Origin: Eledone cirrhosa
Taxonomy: Eukaryota
DNA: 64,000 nucleotides
Reading direction: 5' to 3'
NCBI GenBank assembly: GCA_964016885.1
Contig: OZ024749.1
Location: 47,864,001-47,928,000, forward strand
The translations under genes and the position numbers were made by a program. Positions 1-15,034 of this stretch are shown piece after piece (position 1 is the stretch's first letter; each line of letters starts with the position of its first letter). The notes beneath the pieces were generated by a model. It made no database searches. It was not told the DNA's origin and saw nothing but the letters and a program-made list of their open reading frames with translations.

Positions 1-48
1 ATATATATATATGTACATATATATCTCTCTTTCTCTCTCTATCTCTCC

Positions 49-102
<54 letters not shown>

Positions 103-123
103 GTATGTATATATATGTGCATA

Positions 124-201
<78 letters not shown>

Positions 202-804
202 AGATTTTGTGCGAGTGTTTCTTTCTGTGTATGCTTAGGTGTTTATCATGCGATTTACTAACCTAAACTTATGAATATAATCAATGGTTTTGAGAACCGC
301 AGCAGGAAAATTATACAGAATACAGTATTGTATGAAAACATCATAATCTTCAGCGAAGCTATAAAGTATTACTTTCTCATTCTAATACTTTATGCAACGA
401 GCAACTTCGCATTTCTCCTACACAAGATAATAATGCTGTATAGCTTTGTCAGAATATATTATCTAAAGGAATCTTTGTGATAGTTGTATGCGTAATGTCA
501 ATATGCCTTAATCTGACATATTTCCTATACTATTTATGCAAATCACAAAACTTTACTGGTTCTTATCTTAAATATTACATGTTAACGAAGGCATGTGGAA
601 TGCCATTATAAACCACTCCTTAGTATTTCAGCTTTGTATTGAATAAATGTTAAGGCAACGAATATCCAATGTACTCACATTTTGAAAGGTCAGTTCAAAG
701 ACCGTTGTGTCGAAATTTGTAGCTGTCATGTTTAAGTCTTTCTTTTCTGTGATATGGTTTTATGGATTCTAATCTATTTTCATACACCATATGCTTCTAT
801 TGAA

Positions 805-864
<60 letters not shown>

Positions 865-877
865 ATAACTTGTGAAG

Positions 878-932
878 ATGCCGTCTGATGAAATAGGATG
901 AACCAGCATGAAATGTTAGCTGTTAATGGCAT
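878..932 (+). ncRNA. Degenerate type I hammerhead-like motif
   Basis: ATGCCGT-CTGATGA-(18 nt)-GAAA-TGTTAGCTGT-TA-ATGGCAT. 7-bp stem I with one G-U pair and intact core; stems II and III pair poorly. Confidence 0.45.
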
Positions 933-3460
933 TTACTTTCAGTAAACCGATGCTTTAAGGTGGATAGTGGTCATTTTCAACATGTTGAATAATATCGAAA
1001 TACGGAAGTATATCAAAGAAAAAGAGTAATATCTCTCAACCTGATAACCTTTTTACATCCCAGGACAGCTATTCATATCAATGTAAATCAGATTAAATGC
1101 ATTCATTCTAAAGTATAAGTACTGTCGATATGATATATTGTTCTCTTTTATGGCCAAATGTAAGAGGGCAGGAATACGGAAATATCTATGCATGTAAATT
1201 TAGTCACATATAATGTATCTTGCTAAAGGAAATTATTAAATACTGTGTTATTATGAATAATGATTTTTCAGATATAACGTTGGATGTTATTGAATTGTCA
1301 ACTCGGTACACACATTGAATTCACTTTACATACAAGGTGAACTATAAGGTCTAATGCGAACCCTCAAATTGCATTTTTTTTACAAAAGAAACTCTTTTAT
1401 TGGCAATAAATGTAGGACACATTTCTACATGTTATATCATGGAAACAATGCGATACATTATACTATCTGGTAAACGCAAAACAAATATATATAGATAATA
1501 GTGGTGAACAAAAAGGTTATAGTTATCATAGCTGCATAAAAGACTATAAAATAACGGAAACATTATCTTGTCCACGTGACATTGCTAAAATAATCTAGGA
1601 GATAACATACACTGTTAGGATGTATGAAATGCAATATAAGGACATCACCTAAATTGTTGTAAACTATGTAGCAATAAACGTCAACATCCCTTCGTGACGC
1701 TCGATGAAAGAAATATAATTTCCTATTAAGAGATACTCGTTTGCAAGACAACATTAGATATACTGAGTGGGTTAATCAAATCGGTTGAAATAGGGAGAAA
1801 TCTAAAAAGGACATGGAAAAAAATGTAAAGGTTCTAATGCAGTAATTAAAGTCAAGATTGAAAACATAATCAGTTGGAAATGAGAGAAGAGGAAAGACAT
1901 CCATTTTCAATTTAGTGCTACCATATTCTTGGTTTTTATTATACTTCAATGTAATCTTTCTTCAACTCAAACATATTCGTTCTCATCGGTTATATTCTCT
2001 CTTTCACTTCTTAACTGTATATTTCGATTTCTAACACATAACCAAAACCATCATTTCCAACAAAGCCATAGTGCCATAAACAACCTGACTACATTATGGG
2101 CCTGACTGTCAGATGAATAAGATGTAGTATGTGTAGTATATTACAAATGGGTTAATGAATTCGATTGACACAGATGTTTAATGTTTATGTTTGTATTTGT
2201 ATGTTTGCATTTTCGTAGATGCATATGTATGTCCACATCGAAAATTATACATGTTCATTCAAAATTAAGATGTATGTATACAAACGTACGAACACAAAAT
2301 ATAAAAATACGCATCCTAGTTAGATAGATGCATGTGACTACTACACATACAAACCTTATAAAAGAAATCTACGAGGAAAACCGTCAGCTTTGTGTGGTAA
2401 ATGATTAGATTGGGGTAATATATTTATAAAGTGTTTATATTCTGGCTAGCTAATATGCCTACATCAAATTTAATTTGTATTTCAATAATGTCTCCATACA
2501 TCTTTACTTTATCCCTGTCTGCGTCATTATCGAAAATTAAAACCGCTCGTGGTTTTCGTCAAATAGTTTCCTGTGCATTGTTTAGAAAACCTATTGGAAC
2601 GTTATGGCTAATCGCTAATGCAGAGAACTATTCTACTGTCAATCTTATTTCAGAAGATGCAGCTATTTGGGGATTAAAATCTCTCATTCAATATCGAGTT
2701 TTCTATACAGATATACCTTACAATTTAAATGCATAAATATATGGTTAGCAAAGAAATTAAACAGAAATGAAATATATAACATATGGTTATTTGATATAAC
2801 AAGATAACAAGGTTATTTGATATAACAAGACATATTAACTAAATGAAATAAAATTACAAAATGTATAGTAATTCAATGCAAACCGGGAACAGAATGCAGT
2901 ACGAATTTCACAATAGAAAGTAATATAATAGTATTCAGACTGTTTTGGAAACCATTTGAGAATTGTAATGGAATATCAAAAAAGAGGAATTTCAAGTATC
3001 TGTACATAAATGATGGAGATAATTAATTGATGCATAGTGTATATTTGAATTTCTTAGTTAAATCTTTCCATTACATGAAATCTAATAAATTGGATACTCA
3101 TATCTCCCAAGCAACGTTTGACATATAGACTGTCATTTTGAATCGAGCTGTAATTAATATGAGCATATTCTCGAGAGTATGGTCGTGTATATATACATAC
3201 ACACAATTATGCATATATAGATTGTTGTAGAAATATTCATACAAAATATCACAGACACAAAACAAAACAAAAAAGCAAGCATGTGTATACATATTCATAC
3301 ATATGTTCCAATATTGCCAAAGCATTTAGTTAAATAGTTTGAAATATATATTCATGAGTGTATTCATATTTAAAAGGAAGATCGCAGTCACTGAAATATG
3401 AATCACGGGAGAACGAATTCACATACACAGACACAGACAGGCACACACACATACACACAT

Positions 3461-3543
<83 letters not shown>

Positions 3544-3989
3544 GCTGTTACTCACTGTATATATATATGGATGTCTGGTGGAGCGAGAGTTTATATATGC
3601 GTGTCTCCATTTACCACATGCAATGCAAAATTGTTTCATATATATATATACATTTATATTTTTTCAGTATTTATTATTGTTTACAACAGATTCCTGTGAG
3701 TTTCTAACAAACCACCAGGTGCATCTCTATACTCATGTTGTGTTTATAGCATTGTCTCTCGGAAGAACACAATTCCATTTGTGTAGGTATATGTTATTAT
3801 CTTTTATAGATTTCGCTTCGTTGTTTCAGATGTTAAAATAATACTTTCTAAAATCATGTCATTAATGTTTTGACATTAGTTTTTTGTTTCTGTTTGTTGA
3901 TACGGCTTGCTGTTTTAAAATATCATTTGTTAACAGTTTACTCTACGTGCAGTAAGAAATTTGTTGTATCCTTATGTGTCAATAAGAGC

Positions 3990-4200
3990 GGATTATTTGC
4001 AGTATCAGTAGACTATCGCACACAATGCTTGTTACCGTAGAGTTACGACCCATTATGTTTTGAGTTGTCATCCCGCCGAGGTCAACTTTGCCATTCACTT
4101 TCATTCTTACGGAGCCGATCAAATAAAGCCCAGTAACGTACTAGGATCGATTTAATTGACTTTCTCCACCCCCAAAATCGATGGCATTGTGCATAAGTCA
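3990..4200 (+). mobile_element. Diverged tRNA-derived SINE (same family as 17077)
   Basis: Contains gccgaggtcaactttgcc...ttcattcttacggagccgatcaaataaagcccagtaacgtactagg, a decayed version of the central block in the 17077/40472 copies. Confidence 0.7.
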
Positions 4201-5030
4201 GAAAACCTTTGTGTGAAGAATGTAAAGTATGTAAGTTCATAATTCTGTATGAAACGAGTTATATATATAGGTATTTTCAGTATCTAGATTCCTTCCACAA
4301 CTGGCTGGCGTGCGCAATACGAATATGTTGTCCGTTTTATTGTCGGTGACAATTTTATAAATTGTTTTGTATGACTTGGGCAAAAATTGTTTATTATGAC
4401 CGTGATATATTGTCTGCGTTGGGACGAGCAACGCCAATGATATCGATTGAGTATACATACAAATAAATATAGATTAATGCGTGTGTATATATATGTATGA
4501 CTATGTGAGTACATGTGCGTAAACCTAAAGATAAAATATATGTCAAATGCAAATGCTAGAAAATATGTGTTTAATGCCATACTAATAACATTCACACACA
4601 CTGTCGTGTTTACAAGTATAAAAGCACGTTAATTGTTATAACAATTATATGTTCTGTCGTACTTTGCGTGTTGAGGTATATGAAAGACGATTCCATATAT
4701 ACACAATTAGTAAACTATATTATTAACGTTATTTCAAAGCAGTTCAACCTTTAACTTAAATTCAACTGATTTTTAGTTCCATTTCCATCAAGAAAGCAAC
4801 AATTCAAATACAACTAATTAACATAGGAAATTGTGTGGAAACGTTATACTTCATTTCTGTCCTTAGTCATTAAATTCGTTGCTCTTTCTCTATTTATATG
4901 CTTTTATATTTCAAGATGATAGAAATTTTACATTTATTACTTCACGAAATAGCATGCTGAAAACTGGGAGTTGTTATGTAAGGCAATTATAGTACAGCTT
5001 TAGGGAATACATGTTGAAACATCTACTAAA

Positions 5031-5120
5031 TGCGGGTTTTGAACTCAGTCCGTAAAGGGACGTAACTGTGCTGCAAAGCATGGCGTCCGACCCTCTACCG
5101 ATACTGCCAATCCACCACCC
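5031..5120 (-). mobile_element. SINE 5' (tRNA-like head) fragment
   Basis: Reverse complement GGGTGGTGGATTGGCAGTATCGGTAGAGGGTCGGACGCCATGCTTTGCAGC...TGAGTTCAAAACCCGC matches the head of the 17077 copy (A-box- and B-box-like motifs). Confidence 0.8.
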
Positions 5121-5214
5121 TATATAGTATATAATGATTAAAAACTAGTGTAGACACTCGCACACAGATACATAAATGAATGACTAAAAAAATACATATA
5201 TATCTATATACAAT

Positions 5215-5480
5215 ATATTAATAAATGGAAACTATATTTATAAAAACATAATTATTTTATTATATATATTTCAAGGGCGACCAATGTAAATTATGGTGCG
5301 CTTTCTTCAGATAAATTACAGATTTGTTTTATAAATAAATATTGACATACCCGGAAAAAAGACAACCTCAGCGGTTGAAATTCGAAGGTTATCCATCGAA
5401 TTTCAACCGTTGAGGTTGTCTTTTTTCCAGGTAAGTCAATATTTATTTATAAAACAAATCTGAAATTTATCTGAAGAAAT
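5215..5480. mobile_element. Fold-back pLTR-like element, family A, copy 1
   Basis: Near-perfect palindrome 5302-5480 centred on ttcgaaggttatccatcgaa. Left flank is homologous to 5780-5880 and 23100-23240. Confidence 0.75.
5256..5315 (-). ncRNA. Type I hammerhead ribozyme, palindromic stem III
   Basis: Minus strand: TTTAT-CTGAAGA-AAGCGCACCA...TGGTCGCCCTT-GAAA-TATATA-TA-ATAAA. Intact core, stem I TTTAT/ATAAA, bulged stem II, predicted AUA cleavage site. Confidence 0.65.
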
Positions 5481-5594
5481 ATTTGCTGAAATTTATCTCA
5501 AGAAATATTTGCTCTACGGTTCTTATATACCTGAAATATATTTATCCTCATCGAGCCCTCCTGGGATTTTGTTCTTCAAAAATGTATTATTATT

Positions 5595-5666
<72 letters not shown>

Positions 5667-5684
5667 TATGTATACATATAACTA

Positions 5685-6116
5685 GAAGTTGTATTTAATT
5701 TGTTGGAAGTCCGACAAACATAATTGTTTATAACTGATTTAGAGCACTCAACAGTTTACTGGAGTAAACATTCAATGATATCAAATAAATGGAAACTATA
5801 TTTATAAAACCATATTTATGTCATTATATATATTTCAAGGGTAATCAAGCCAACATTGGCACGCTTTCATCAGATAAAATACAAAGTTTGCTTCATAAAT
5901 AGAGACATACACATGAAAATCATACTTTATCGGTTCGAAATTCACTGCATAGTGAATTTCCAGCCGATAAGGTATGATTTTCATGTGTATGTCTCTATTT
6001 ATAAAACACCCTTTGTATTTCATCTGATGAAGGCTTATCAATGGTGTCTTGGTTACCCTTGAAATAAATATAAAATAAATATTGTTTTATAAATATAGTA
6101 TCCATGTATTTAATAT

Positions 6117-6121
<5 letters not shown>
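5685..6121. mobile_element. Fold-back pLTR-like element, family A, copy 2, with HHR folds on both arms
   Basis: Inverted arms 5773-5947 and 5953-6121 around aaattcactgcatagtgaattt. CTGATGA...GAAA at 5821-5877 (minus) and 6018-6078 (plus). Flanked by (TA)n. Confidence 0.75.
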
Positions 6122-6183
<62 letters not shown>

Positions 6184-6304
6184 TATATATATATGTATAA
6201 ATATATATATATATATATGTTTTAAAACATACATTCACAACCATAATATTTATAAATATATATATACATATGTTTTAAAACATACATTCACAACTATAAT
6301 ATAC

Positions 6305-6402
<98 letters not shown>

Positions 6403-7089
6403 TTATATATATATTTATATATATATATGTATATATATATGTATATATATATATAATTATATACTGTATTGTATTGATTATATTTTAAACAGAAAGTATA
6501 AACTATTTTACTTATTTCATAACCATTATTGGATATTGCAATGTAAACATCGTATAATATTTTTATTCAATATGATTTTTCTTTATATACACAATTATTA
6601 ATAATAGAAACATAGTTTATATGAGATTATATATATATATATATATGGTATGTATATATATACATATATATTTATATATATTTATATATATATATATTTA
6701 TATATATATATATATATGTGTGCATGTATGTATGAGTGTGTATGTGTGTGTATGTGTGTGTATGTATGTGTGTGCTTAAGTGTGTGTATACGTACAATTA
6801 TGTACGCACATATATGTGTATACTCAAACACAAAAACACTCTCATGGTCACACACAAGCATACATCGCGATGCAATATTTATTTTCAAAATATAACCTCA
6901 GATTTCATTTCGATATCTAATTAAGTATGTATGTTTGAAGTATGATACAAGATAAGATATTTATTTCATTTCCTCTCAGTAAATTGCCCAAGAATTGGAA
7001 ATAGGAAAAGAAAATATAAATGTCTAACATTCTTTTGATTTTAAGTACATCTAAATATGTAGGGTCTCTAGCATGGGCAAAATATGTCG

Positions 7090-7714
7090 CATAATCAGTC
7101 ACGCGTTCGATGCGTTTTCGGAACAGCCTTTTTCTCGTTTCTTTTGCAATTACACTACGAACTTGGTCCCTATGCAAGAAATGAGTGGTGCATCCTATTA
7201 CAGGTCAGTAGTTTACGGACTTTGGTGTCGATATTTTTGATTTCACTCATATTCCTGTCAACACACCGAAGCTATAAGTGAGAACTGGGACTGCCAAGGA
7301 ATTTATGGCTAGCACCTTGTTACGAGCGTACTCTCCTGTAACATTTTTTCCTTATCCTCTTTCATACTTGCATGTTGTATGCCAGAACCCTGATTGATCC
7401 CTAAGTATGTATAGGTGCGTTCCTGCTCAAGGTCCTTTATAATTGTTTCAGCATCCAATTCAATTTAGTCTGAGTTGACAAGCTTCCCCTTCTTCAAAGT
7501 GGCTTCTGGAAACTTGTCAAGTCCAAACTCCATCCTGATGTCATCGATAAACGTGTTTACTGTCCGCAAAAGGCCTTCAGTCGTCATTATCTTTGTAATA
7601 TAACTTCAAATCATCCATATAAAATGGGTGGCTTATTTTTTTGTTGCCAATTCTATAACGATACCCTGTTCTATTAAGCTCGGATGTAAGGGGTATTAAA
7701 GCTATGCAGAAACG

Positions 7715-7715
<1 letters not shown>
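7090..7715 (-). pseudogene. R4/Dong-clade non-LTR retrotransposon RT fragment (stops and frameshifts)
   Basis: Minus-strand translation gives FCIALIPLTSELNRTGY..KKISHPFYMDDLKLY..DDIRMEFGLDK..TYTYLGINQ..AINSLAVPVLTYSFG..IDTKVRKLLT..MHH, the R4-type RT motifs. Confidence 0.85.
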
Positions 7716-7756
<41 letters not shown>

Positions 7757-7757
<1 letters not shown>

Positions 7758-8120
7758 GTTCTTTGAGTCTCAGTTATTGATGTTAGTTAACTGCGCCTAT
7801 AGTACCTAGTGCGCCTATGACAATCGGGACCATTTTCACTTCATGGCAGTTTCAAATGTTTTTTACCTCCCACTTTAAGTCCTGGTATCGGTTAATGTTA
7901 TCCCTCTCCTTCTCTTGCACTCTCGTGTCGATTGGGCAGGCCACATCCACAATCAGGCACGATCTTTTTTCCTTGTCCAAAACCACCAGGTCAGGTCTAT
8001 TGTGTTCCAGTTTCTTGTCCGTCTGTATCCTAATATCCCACAGCACCTTCACCTGATTGTTTTCTATCACCGACTCTGGCTTATGCTCATACCACTTCTC
8101 AGAATGTGGTAAATTGTTTA
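7757..8120 (-). mobile_element. R4/Dong-type 3' fragment with restriction-like endonuclease domain
   Basis: ORF 7852-8070 VKVLWDIRIQTDKKLEHNRPDLVVLDK..LIVDVACP (PD..D RLE motif), followed by VPIVIGALG; ends in a (TAA)n tail. Confidence 0.85.
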
Positions 8121-8154
8121 CTTATTATTATTATTATTATTATTATCACCACTA

Positions 8155-8358
8155 TTATTCTTTGAGTCTCAGTCATTGATGTTAGTTAACTGGAAAGTTT
8201 GTTGAAATGAATATCAAGCCACTACCTGCAGCCTCAGATATTCAGGACGTATCGGAGGGTTCTTGCTGTTCCCAACAAGCATGCTTTTGAAGCGTTCCAA
8301 AAAGCGTGAAGGGGTCAATTTTCTTTAACCATCCCTGGAAATTTTTTGAGATAGTACC

Positions 8359-8362
<4 letters not shown>
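8155..8362 (-). mobile_element. 5'-truncated R4/Dong-type 3' end
   Basis: GTISKNFQGWLKKI..LQK C-terminal peptide plus the 3' terminus ...CATCAATGACTGAGACTCAAAGAA(TAA)n shared with neighbouring copies. Confidence 0.75.
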
Positions 8363-8412
<50 letters not shown>

Positions 8413-8417
<5 letters not shown>

Positions 8418-8662
8418 TTTGAGTCTCAGTCATTGATGTTATTTAACAGGAAAGTTTGTTGAAATGAATATGAATCCGCTACATGTAGCCTCAGATATTC
8501 AGGACGTATCGGAGGGTTCTTGCTGTTCTAAGCAAGCGTGCCTTTTGAAATGTTCCAAAAAGCGGGGCTGGACTAATCTTCTTTAACTATCATTGGAAAC
8601 TTTTTGAGATAGTACCTAGTGCGCCTATGATAATCGGGACGACCATGACTTTCCAGATGTTA
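8413..8662 (-). mobile_element. 5'-truncated R4/Dong-type 3' end
   Basis: Encodes NIWKVMVVPIIIGALGTISK; direct repeat of 8155-8362 with the same 3' terminus and (TAA)n tail. Confidence 0.75.
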
Positions 8663-8945
8663 TGCATCGGTTTCCTGTGGAGTTACTCTTCAGTTAACAT
8701 TCCATGACAGTTCTAGTCAATTCTTTCGTCCCGTTTTTTTATTGTTTCAATTTTCATTTTTATTGTTTATATATATATATATATATGTTTCTATGTCTTT
8801 TTCTTTTTCTTTTCTTATATAAATAATAACAATCTTTACGCGAACAAAACCCACGTCATCCCGTACTGTACCGTCCTGTGCCGTCTGTAATTGTTTTCTT
8901 GATGTCAGACCTTGTGGCCAATAAAGAAATCATTATTATTATTAT

Positions 8946-8997
<52 letters not shown>

Positions 8998-9088
8998 TGT
9001 TGTAGTAGTAGTTGTATTAATAGTAGTAGTAGTATTTTTGTTGTTGTTGTTGATAGTTTACTGTTCATACAATTCAGTCATTTCGGGT

Positions 9089-9125
<37 letters not shown>

Positions 9126-9844
9126 TGGGGGGCTTTGTGTATATATGTCTATGCAAGCGCATAATATATATATATGTATATATATATAGAGAGAGAGAGA
9201 GTGAGAGAGAGAAATGGCTGTGGGCTTGCTATTGAAGGTAACTTAAAATACAGTGGGAATAGGAAGAAAGCAGTTGTTTACTGGGGGTCTTGGATATTTC
9301 TTCGCTTTAAAGACAATATATCTACTGCCCAGGGCGTCAATAACTGGAAACGTTTTGGGGAAAACGAAGGCAGGAGGGAAGGAAAGCAGAGGGGAAGAAA
9401 AGAGAAAACAGTAAGAAAACAGCGAAATGAACAAAGAAACCGAGCAACGTGCGGCAATTATAGGGAGGAAATCCAAGACCACTCGACAAGAGAACTTAAG
9501 TTCAGGACTGAGTGGTCGAGAGGAACAAGACACACGTCCGATCGCCGCAGTTGTAAGTGGGAAGAGAACTGCTAAACGGTCAGGCGAGGGGATAAAAGTG
9601 AGTGGAGAAAGAGGGTGGTAGGCGTCTTTGTGTACATATGTCTATGCCTTCTCAGGTATGTTTGTAAGAGCAACTGGGCGTTAGTGCTACTGCGACACAG
9701 AGAAATAGCAGGTCGATATGCCACAGTATTTTTTTGCAGAAGCTCAAGATTCTGGTATTAAGTGCATCATGCAAAACACGAACACGTAACAAACAACGTC
9801 TTTATTTTTTCATTAATTTCAGTTTGTTCTAAATAAAAAAGGTA

Positions 9845-10627
<783 letters not shown>

Positions 10628-11152
10628 CCTGAAAAAGTTGTAAATCATTGTAAGTGATGAGATTCCTAATGCATTATTTGCTAAGGATGACGAATGAATT
10701 CGGACTGTAACAAAATATATCATTCCGTCATTGTCAGATAACTTCACACAATCCATACGAGCAATTGGAAAGGATGATACAGGTGTTTGTTGTGGCATTT
10801 TTTATTAGACTTTGGTCATCCATTATCTGTGATATAGCGTATTGCATGCTCTACCATCTAATCTTCTAGTATAAGCAACTAAAATGTTCTTATCAATGAC
10901 GTCCGTTCCGTTTTCTAGACGGTAGGTAAAATTTTAGGTACATTCTACTGCTAAATTCTTCAAAAACACATGATCACATTGAAGCGCTTTCCTTGGCCCA
11001 AACGCAAATATATTCATCGCCATTAAAATGTTATGTCCATGGAAAGAAGACGTGAATTTCCAGAAGTAGTACGGTCGTTCGTTTCCAGATTAATTTACAG
11101 AGTCATCGAATCAATCTTATCTAATATATAATTATATGTATGTGTATATATA

Positions 11153-11548
<396 letters not shown>

Positions 11549-12367
11549 CAGTGGCTTTCCAACAATTGACTGGAACTAATAGGGAGACTATTTATTTTGG
11601 AGGACGTGACAATTAATTCTTGTGGTTAGAACAAAACATAAATGCAACGCTTTTTTTATTTACTCCATATTGTATTGAATACATTCTTCCATTGTAAACA
11701 ATTAATAATAAAATGTAGACTTTACTTTCTTCCATGTGGATTTATCAAATTACTTCAGAAATGATCAGCGAAAACAAAAGGCATAATGTTCGTTTCATCT
11801 CCACAATATTTCAAGTGTTTCGTTACTCATTTAATATTTAATATCGCTATGGAAACTTTAAAATTAATTTGAAAATAATATAAATCATCATTAGGAGCGT
11901 AGGAAAAAACATACTAAGTGAAATATAATATGTCGCTTGCTTACCGTAAGATACATTTGAAGACACACAGTGATACGCACTTACATGCATACCAATATAC
12001 AGATATACATATGTATGTATGTATATATGTACGTGTGTGTGTGTATATGTATGCATTTATATATGTATGTGTGTTTGTATATAGGTATGTATAAATATAT
12101 GTTATGTCAGGTAACATGTAACCCAGTACAACCTTAACATAGTCGGGTCCCCGGCGACTAAACAGCCAAACCCATGTATGTATGTATGTAGGTAGGTATG
12201 TATATATGAAGTTATGCATGTACGTATATATATGTATTTATTTTGTATATATACATATATTTAGATTATATTAGAAATCTAATTAAATACTTCTGTTCTA
12301 TACAAAAAAGCACGTTTTTCCTTTTCGGAATTACCTAACACAAACACACACTCACACACACACACAC

Positions 12368-12444
<77 letters not shown>

Positions 12445-12446
<2 letters not shown>

Positions 12447-13180
12447 AATGATGGAGACTAAATGGTTGGCTGTACAATAAGAGGCTTTAATTAAAGTACT
12501 GACAACTGTTTCGTTGATCAACTGAATCTAGAGTTCGCTAATGACTTGAAGTTGCGTCACTCGATCTCCAATATATTATTTACATCTGGTCAACACATCA
12601 GAGTACGTAGATATAAAAATAATTCACTCGAGGCAAGACATGTATAGAAAAATAGCGTATAATCAAAACGATAACATCAATAATAAAAGATATATGGTAA
12701 ATAGGTAGAGAAGTTATAGATATAAAAAGTAAAAATGAAGAGATAAGATAGGTTACATTAAAAAGGTAAGAACATGAGAAAATAGAAAATATAAAGAAAT
12801 AAATAAGGATAAGGGAGGGCATGTGAATACATAGTATGTTAGTAGTAGTTTTGAGTAAGTGTTCTTATAAGGATACCTTGATGGGTTTAGTGCTAACATG
12901 AAAAAACCCGATTCGAGATGTACATAGATATGTGTAGAGGGTCCGATGTGGTGGGAGATAAGAGAAAATAACAATAAATTAGAGATTAATTGGTGGATAA
13001 ATGTATGAGATTTATGGGCTAGCTATGACAAACGCTTGTAAATGTTTTGCTAATTGTTCTATCTTATTGGGGTTGATGCTGTTTCGGGGAGAGAGGGTGA
13101 AAGAGATGTTCAGAGATGTATGATCCAGTGCCCTGTTGGCCGTTTGACAGCTAATAGCAGTGTGATGGTGTGTATTCCAT
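12445..13180 (-). mobile_element. Decayed Penelope-like 3' end (possible GIY-YIG tail, 3' UTR and HHR)
   Basis: Minus 12990-13175 gives HHTAI..(frameshift)SYISEHL..LQAFVI..PIN, loosely like PLE endonuclease C-termini, upstream of the HHR at 12496-12606. Confidence 0.35.
12496..12606 (-). ncRNA. Hammerhead-like motif with long loop II (A9U variant)
   Basis: Minus strand: GTACT-CTGATGT-GTTGACCA-(66 nt)-TGATCAAC-GAAAC-AGTT-GTC-AGTAC. Perfect 5-bp stem I, stem II GTTGA/TCAAC, GUC site. Confidence 0.6.
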
Positions 13181-13197
13181 ATGTTAAAAACTAATAA

Positions 13198-13229
<32 letters not shown>

Positions 13230-13249
13230 ATGTGTGTGTGGGGGGGGTG

Positions 13250-13290
<41 letters not shown>

Positions 13291-13295
13291 TGTGT

Positions 13296-13343
<48 letters not shown>

Positions 13344-13963
13344 AGGCATATATGAGGAAGGATTTCCATTTAGCACATAACCAATTGTTATACTTTCAGA
13401 TAACGTTTATTCCCATTTAGAAATCTTTTCCTGCAAAAATATCCGATATTTGTGTTTATCCTCTATTATTTTAAAGTATGTGTCCTGAACAGAAATCTTC
13501 GCCATTCGCTCATTATCTTCCAGGCACAAATATACGTATTTGTAAGGTTTCATTAGACCTATCTTTCGACATTTTTAATGTCATATTAGCTGATAAATAC
13601 TATATTATTTAACAATTACTTTTCTTTTCGTAGTTAGATTTTTCATCGCAGTCTACGCGTTGGCATATGTTATCCTGAAAAATTCATGAGCATTGGACAC
13701 ATATTTCAAAAGTGTGATAAGATACCTGTACCTCATTTGTTTAACTAAACGTAGTCTATATCTGTTTAATTATCTTTACATTCAATTTCAAAACAATAGG
13801 AAACGTTTTTTTTTTATTTTACTATCAATTGAGTTATGGCACTTTTCTTTTGTTACTTGATATACAATGCTCCTCTTTACAGCCCTCTTTGAATACATGT
13901 ACACTTGTTTTGTTGGTTTACACTATTTCGACACACACAGACACACACATACACCCGATCAAC

Positions 13964-14028
<65 letters not shown>

Positions 14029-14151
14029 TAATAGAATATGTGTTCCTACACGCACAAGGCGCTAAGGGACACACGTATTGTCCAACCATGTTTTAAAATT
14101 TATTTTATTTGCTAAGCCTTGATTATATATATAAATATATATATAAGTATA

Positions 14152-14248
14152 TAACGAAGGAATTGTGGTAAGGAACAAGATGGACCATAACCAGTCCAGA
14201 AATAGCCATCGAAACGGCTTGAGCTCTGCTGTCGGGGTCATACTTGTT

Positions 14249-14252
<4 letters not shown>
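14152..14252. mobile_element. Short repeat, family C, with one hairpin arm deleted
   Basis: Matches 27752-27797 joined directly to 27891-27946; sits between TA-rich tracts. Confidence 0.7.
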
Positions 14253-14338
<86 letters not shown>

Positions 14339-14344
14339 GGAAAA

Positions 14345-15034
14345 ACGTAAAATAAGAAAATTATAAGTAAGCTAATTACTATAATTATCTTATTTTACGT
14401 GTTTCATATAATTGTTCTGCATCTCCTTGCATTGAACAACAAAGTTACTAACACATAACCTATATATTTGCTTGCATAGGTATACATCTGTATATATATG
14501 TTGGTAGATATACTAATTCTTTATAATTATCTCCAAATTATTTTGTTGAGCAAAAATTTGCCAAAATTACTACTATAGTTCATAGTAACAGCTTGGTTAC
14601 TATCTTTTTAACACCCAACTCCTCACTGATTAACCTCGAGGTCACGTGATTGATTCTTTTGAATTTGCCACCGAACAAGAAGGCAGTGATTGTTTTCAGT
14701 GTCTTGGAATTTAGTCCCCGCTTGCTCTTTTCCATCCACTGAATAGTTTTGTATAAGTTCCCTGTGTCCACGCCTCGCCAGGTATCGTAGCTGAGAATGA
14801 CTCCCTGATGACGAAAATGTTTCTCCATGATCTCCATGTATATTACCTTTCAGAAACTAATTAGTTGGAGTGAAATTTAAGTAAGTAATCTAATTACTAT
14901 AATTTTCTTATTTTACGTTCTACATATAATTGTTCTACATCCCCTTGCATTGAACCACACAGTTACTAAGACAAAACGTATATATTTGCTTGTATAGGTA
15001 TACATCTGTATATATATGTTGGTAGATATAGTAA

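Noticed and set aside
8657-8700. Minus-strand ATGTTAA-CTGAAGA..GAAACCGATGCA-TAACAT hammerhead-like string
   Set aside because: No NUH site, stem II barely pairs, and the 3' stem I strand overlaps R4 coding sequence.
9174-9621. 133-aa ORF in a purine-rich block
   Set aside because: Starts in a microsatellite, is compositionally biased and has no recognisable domain.
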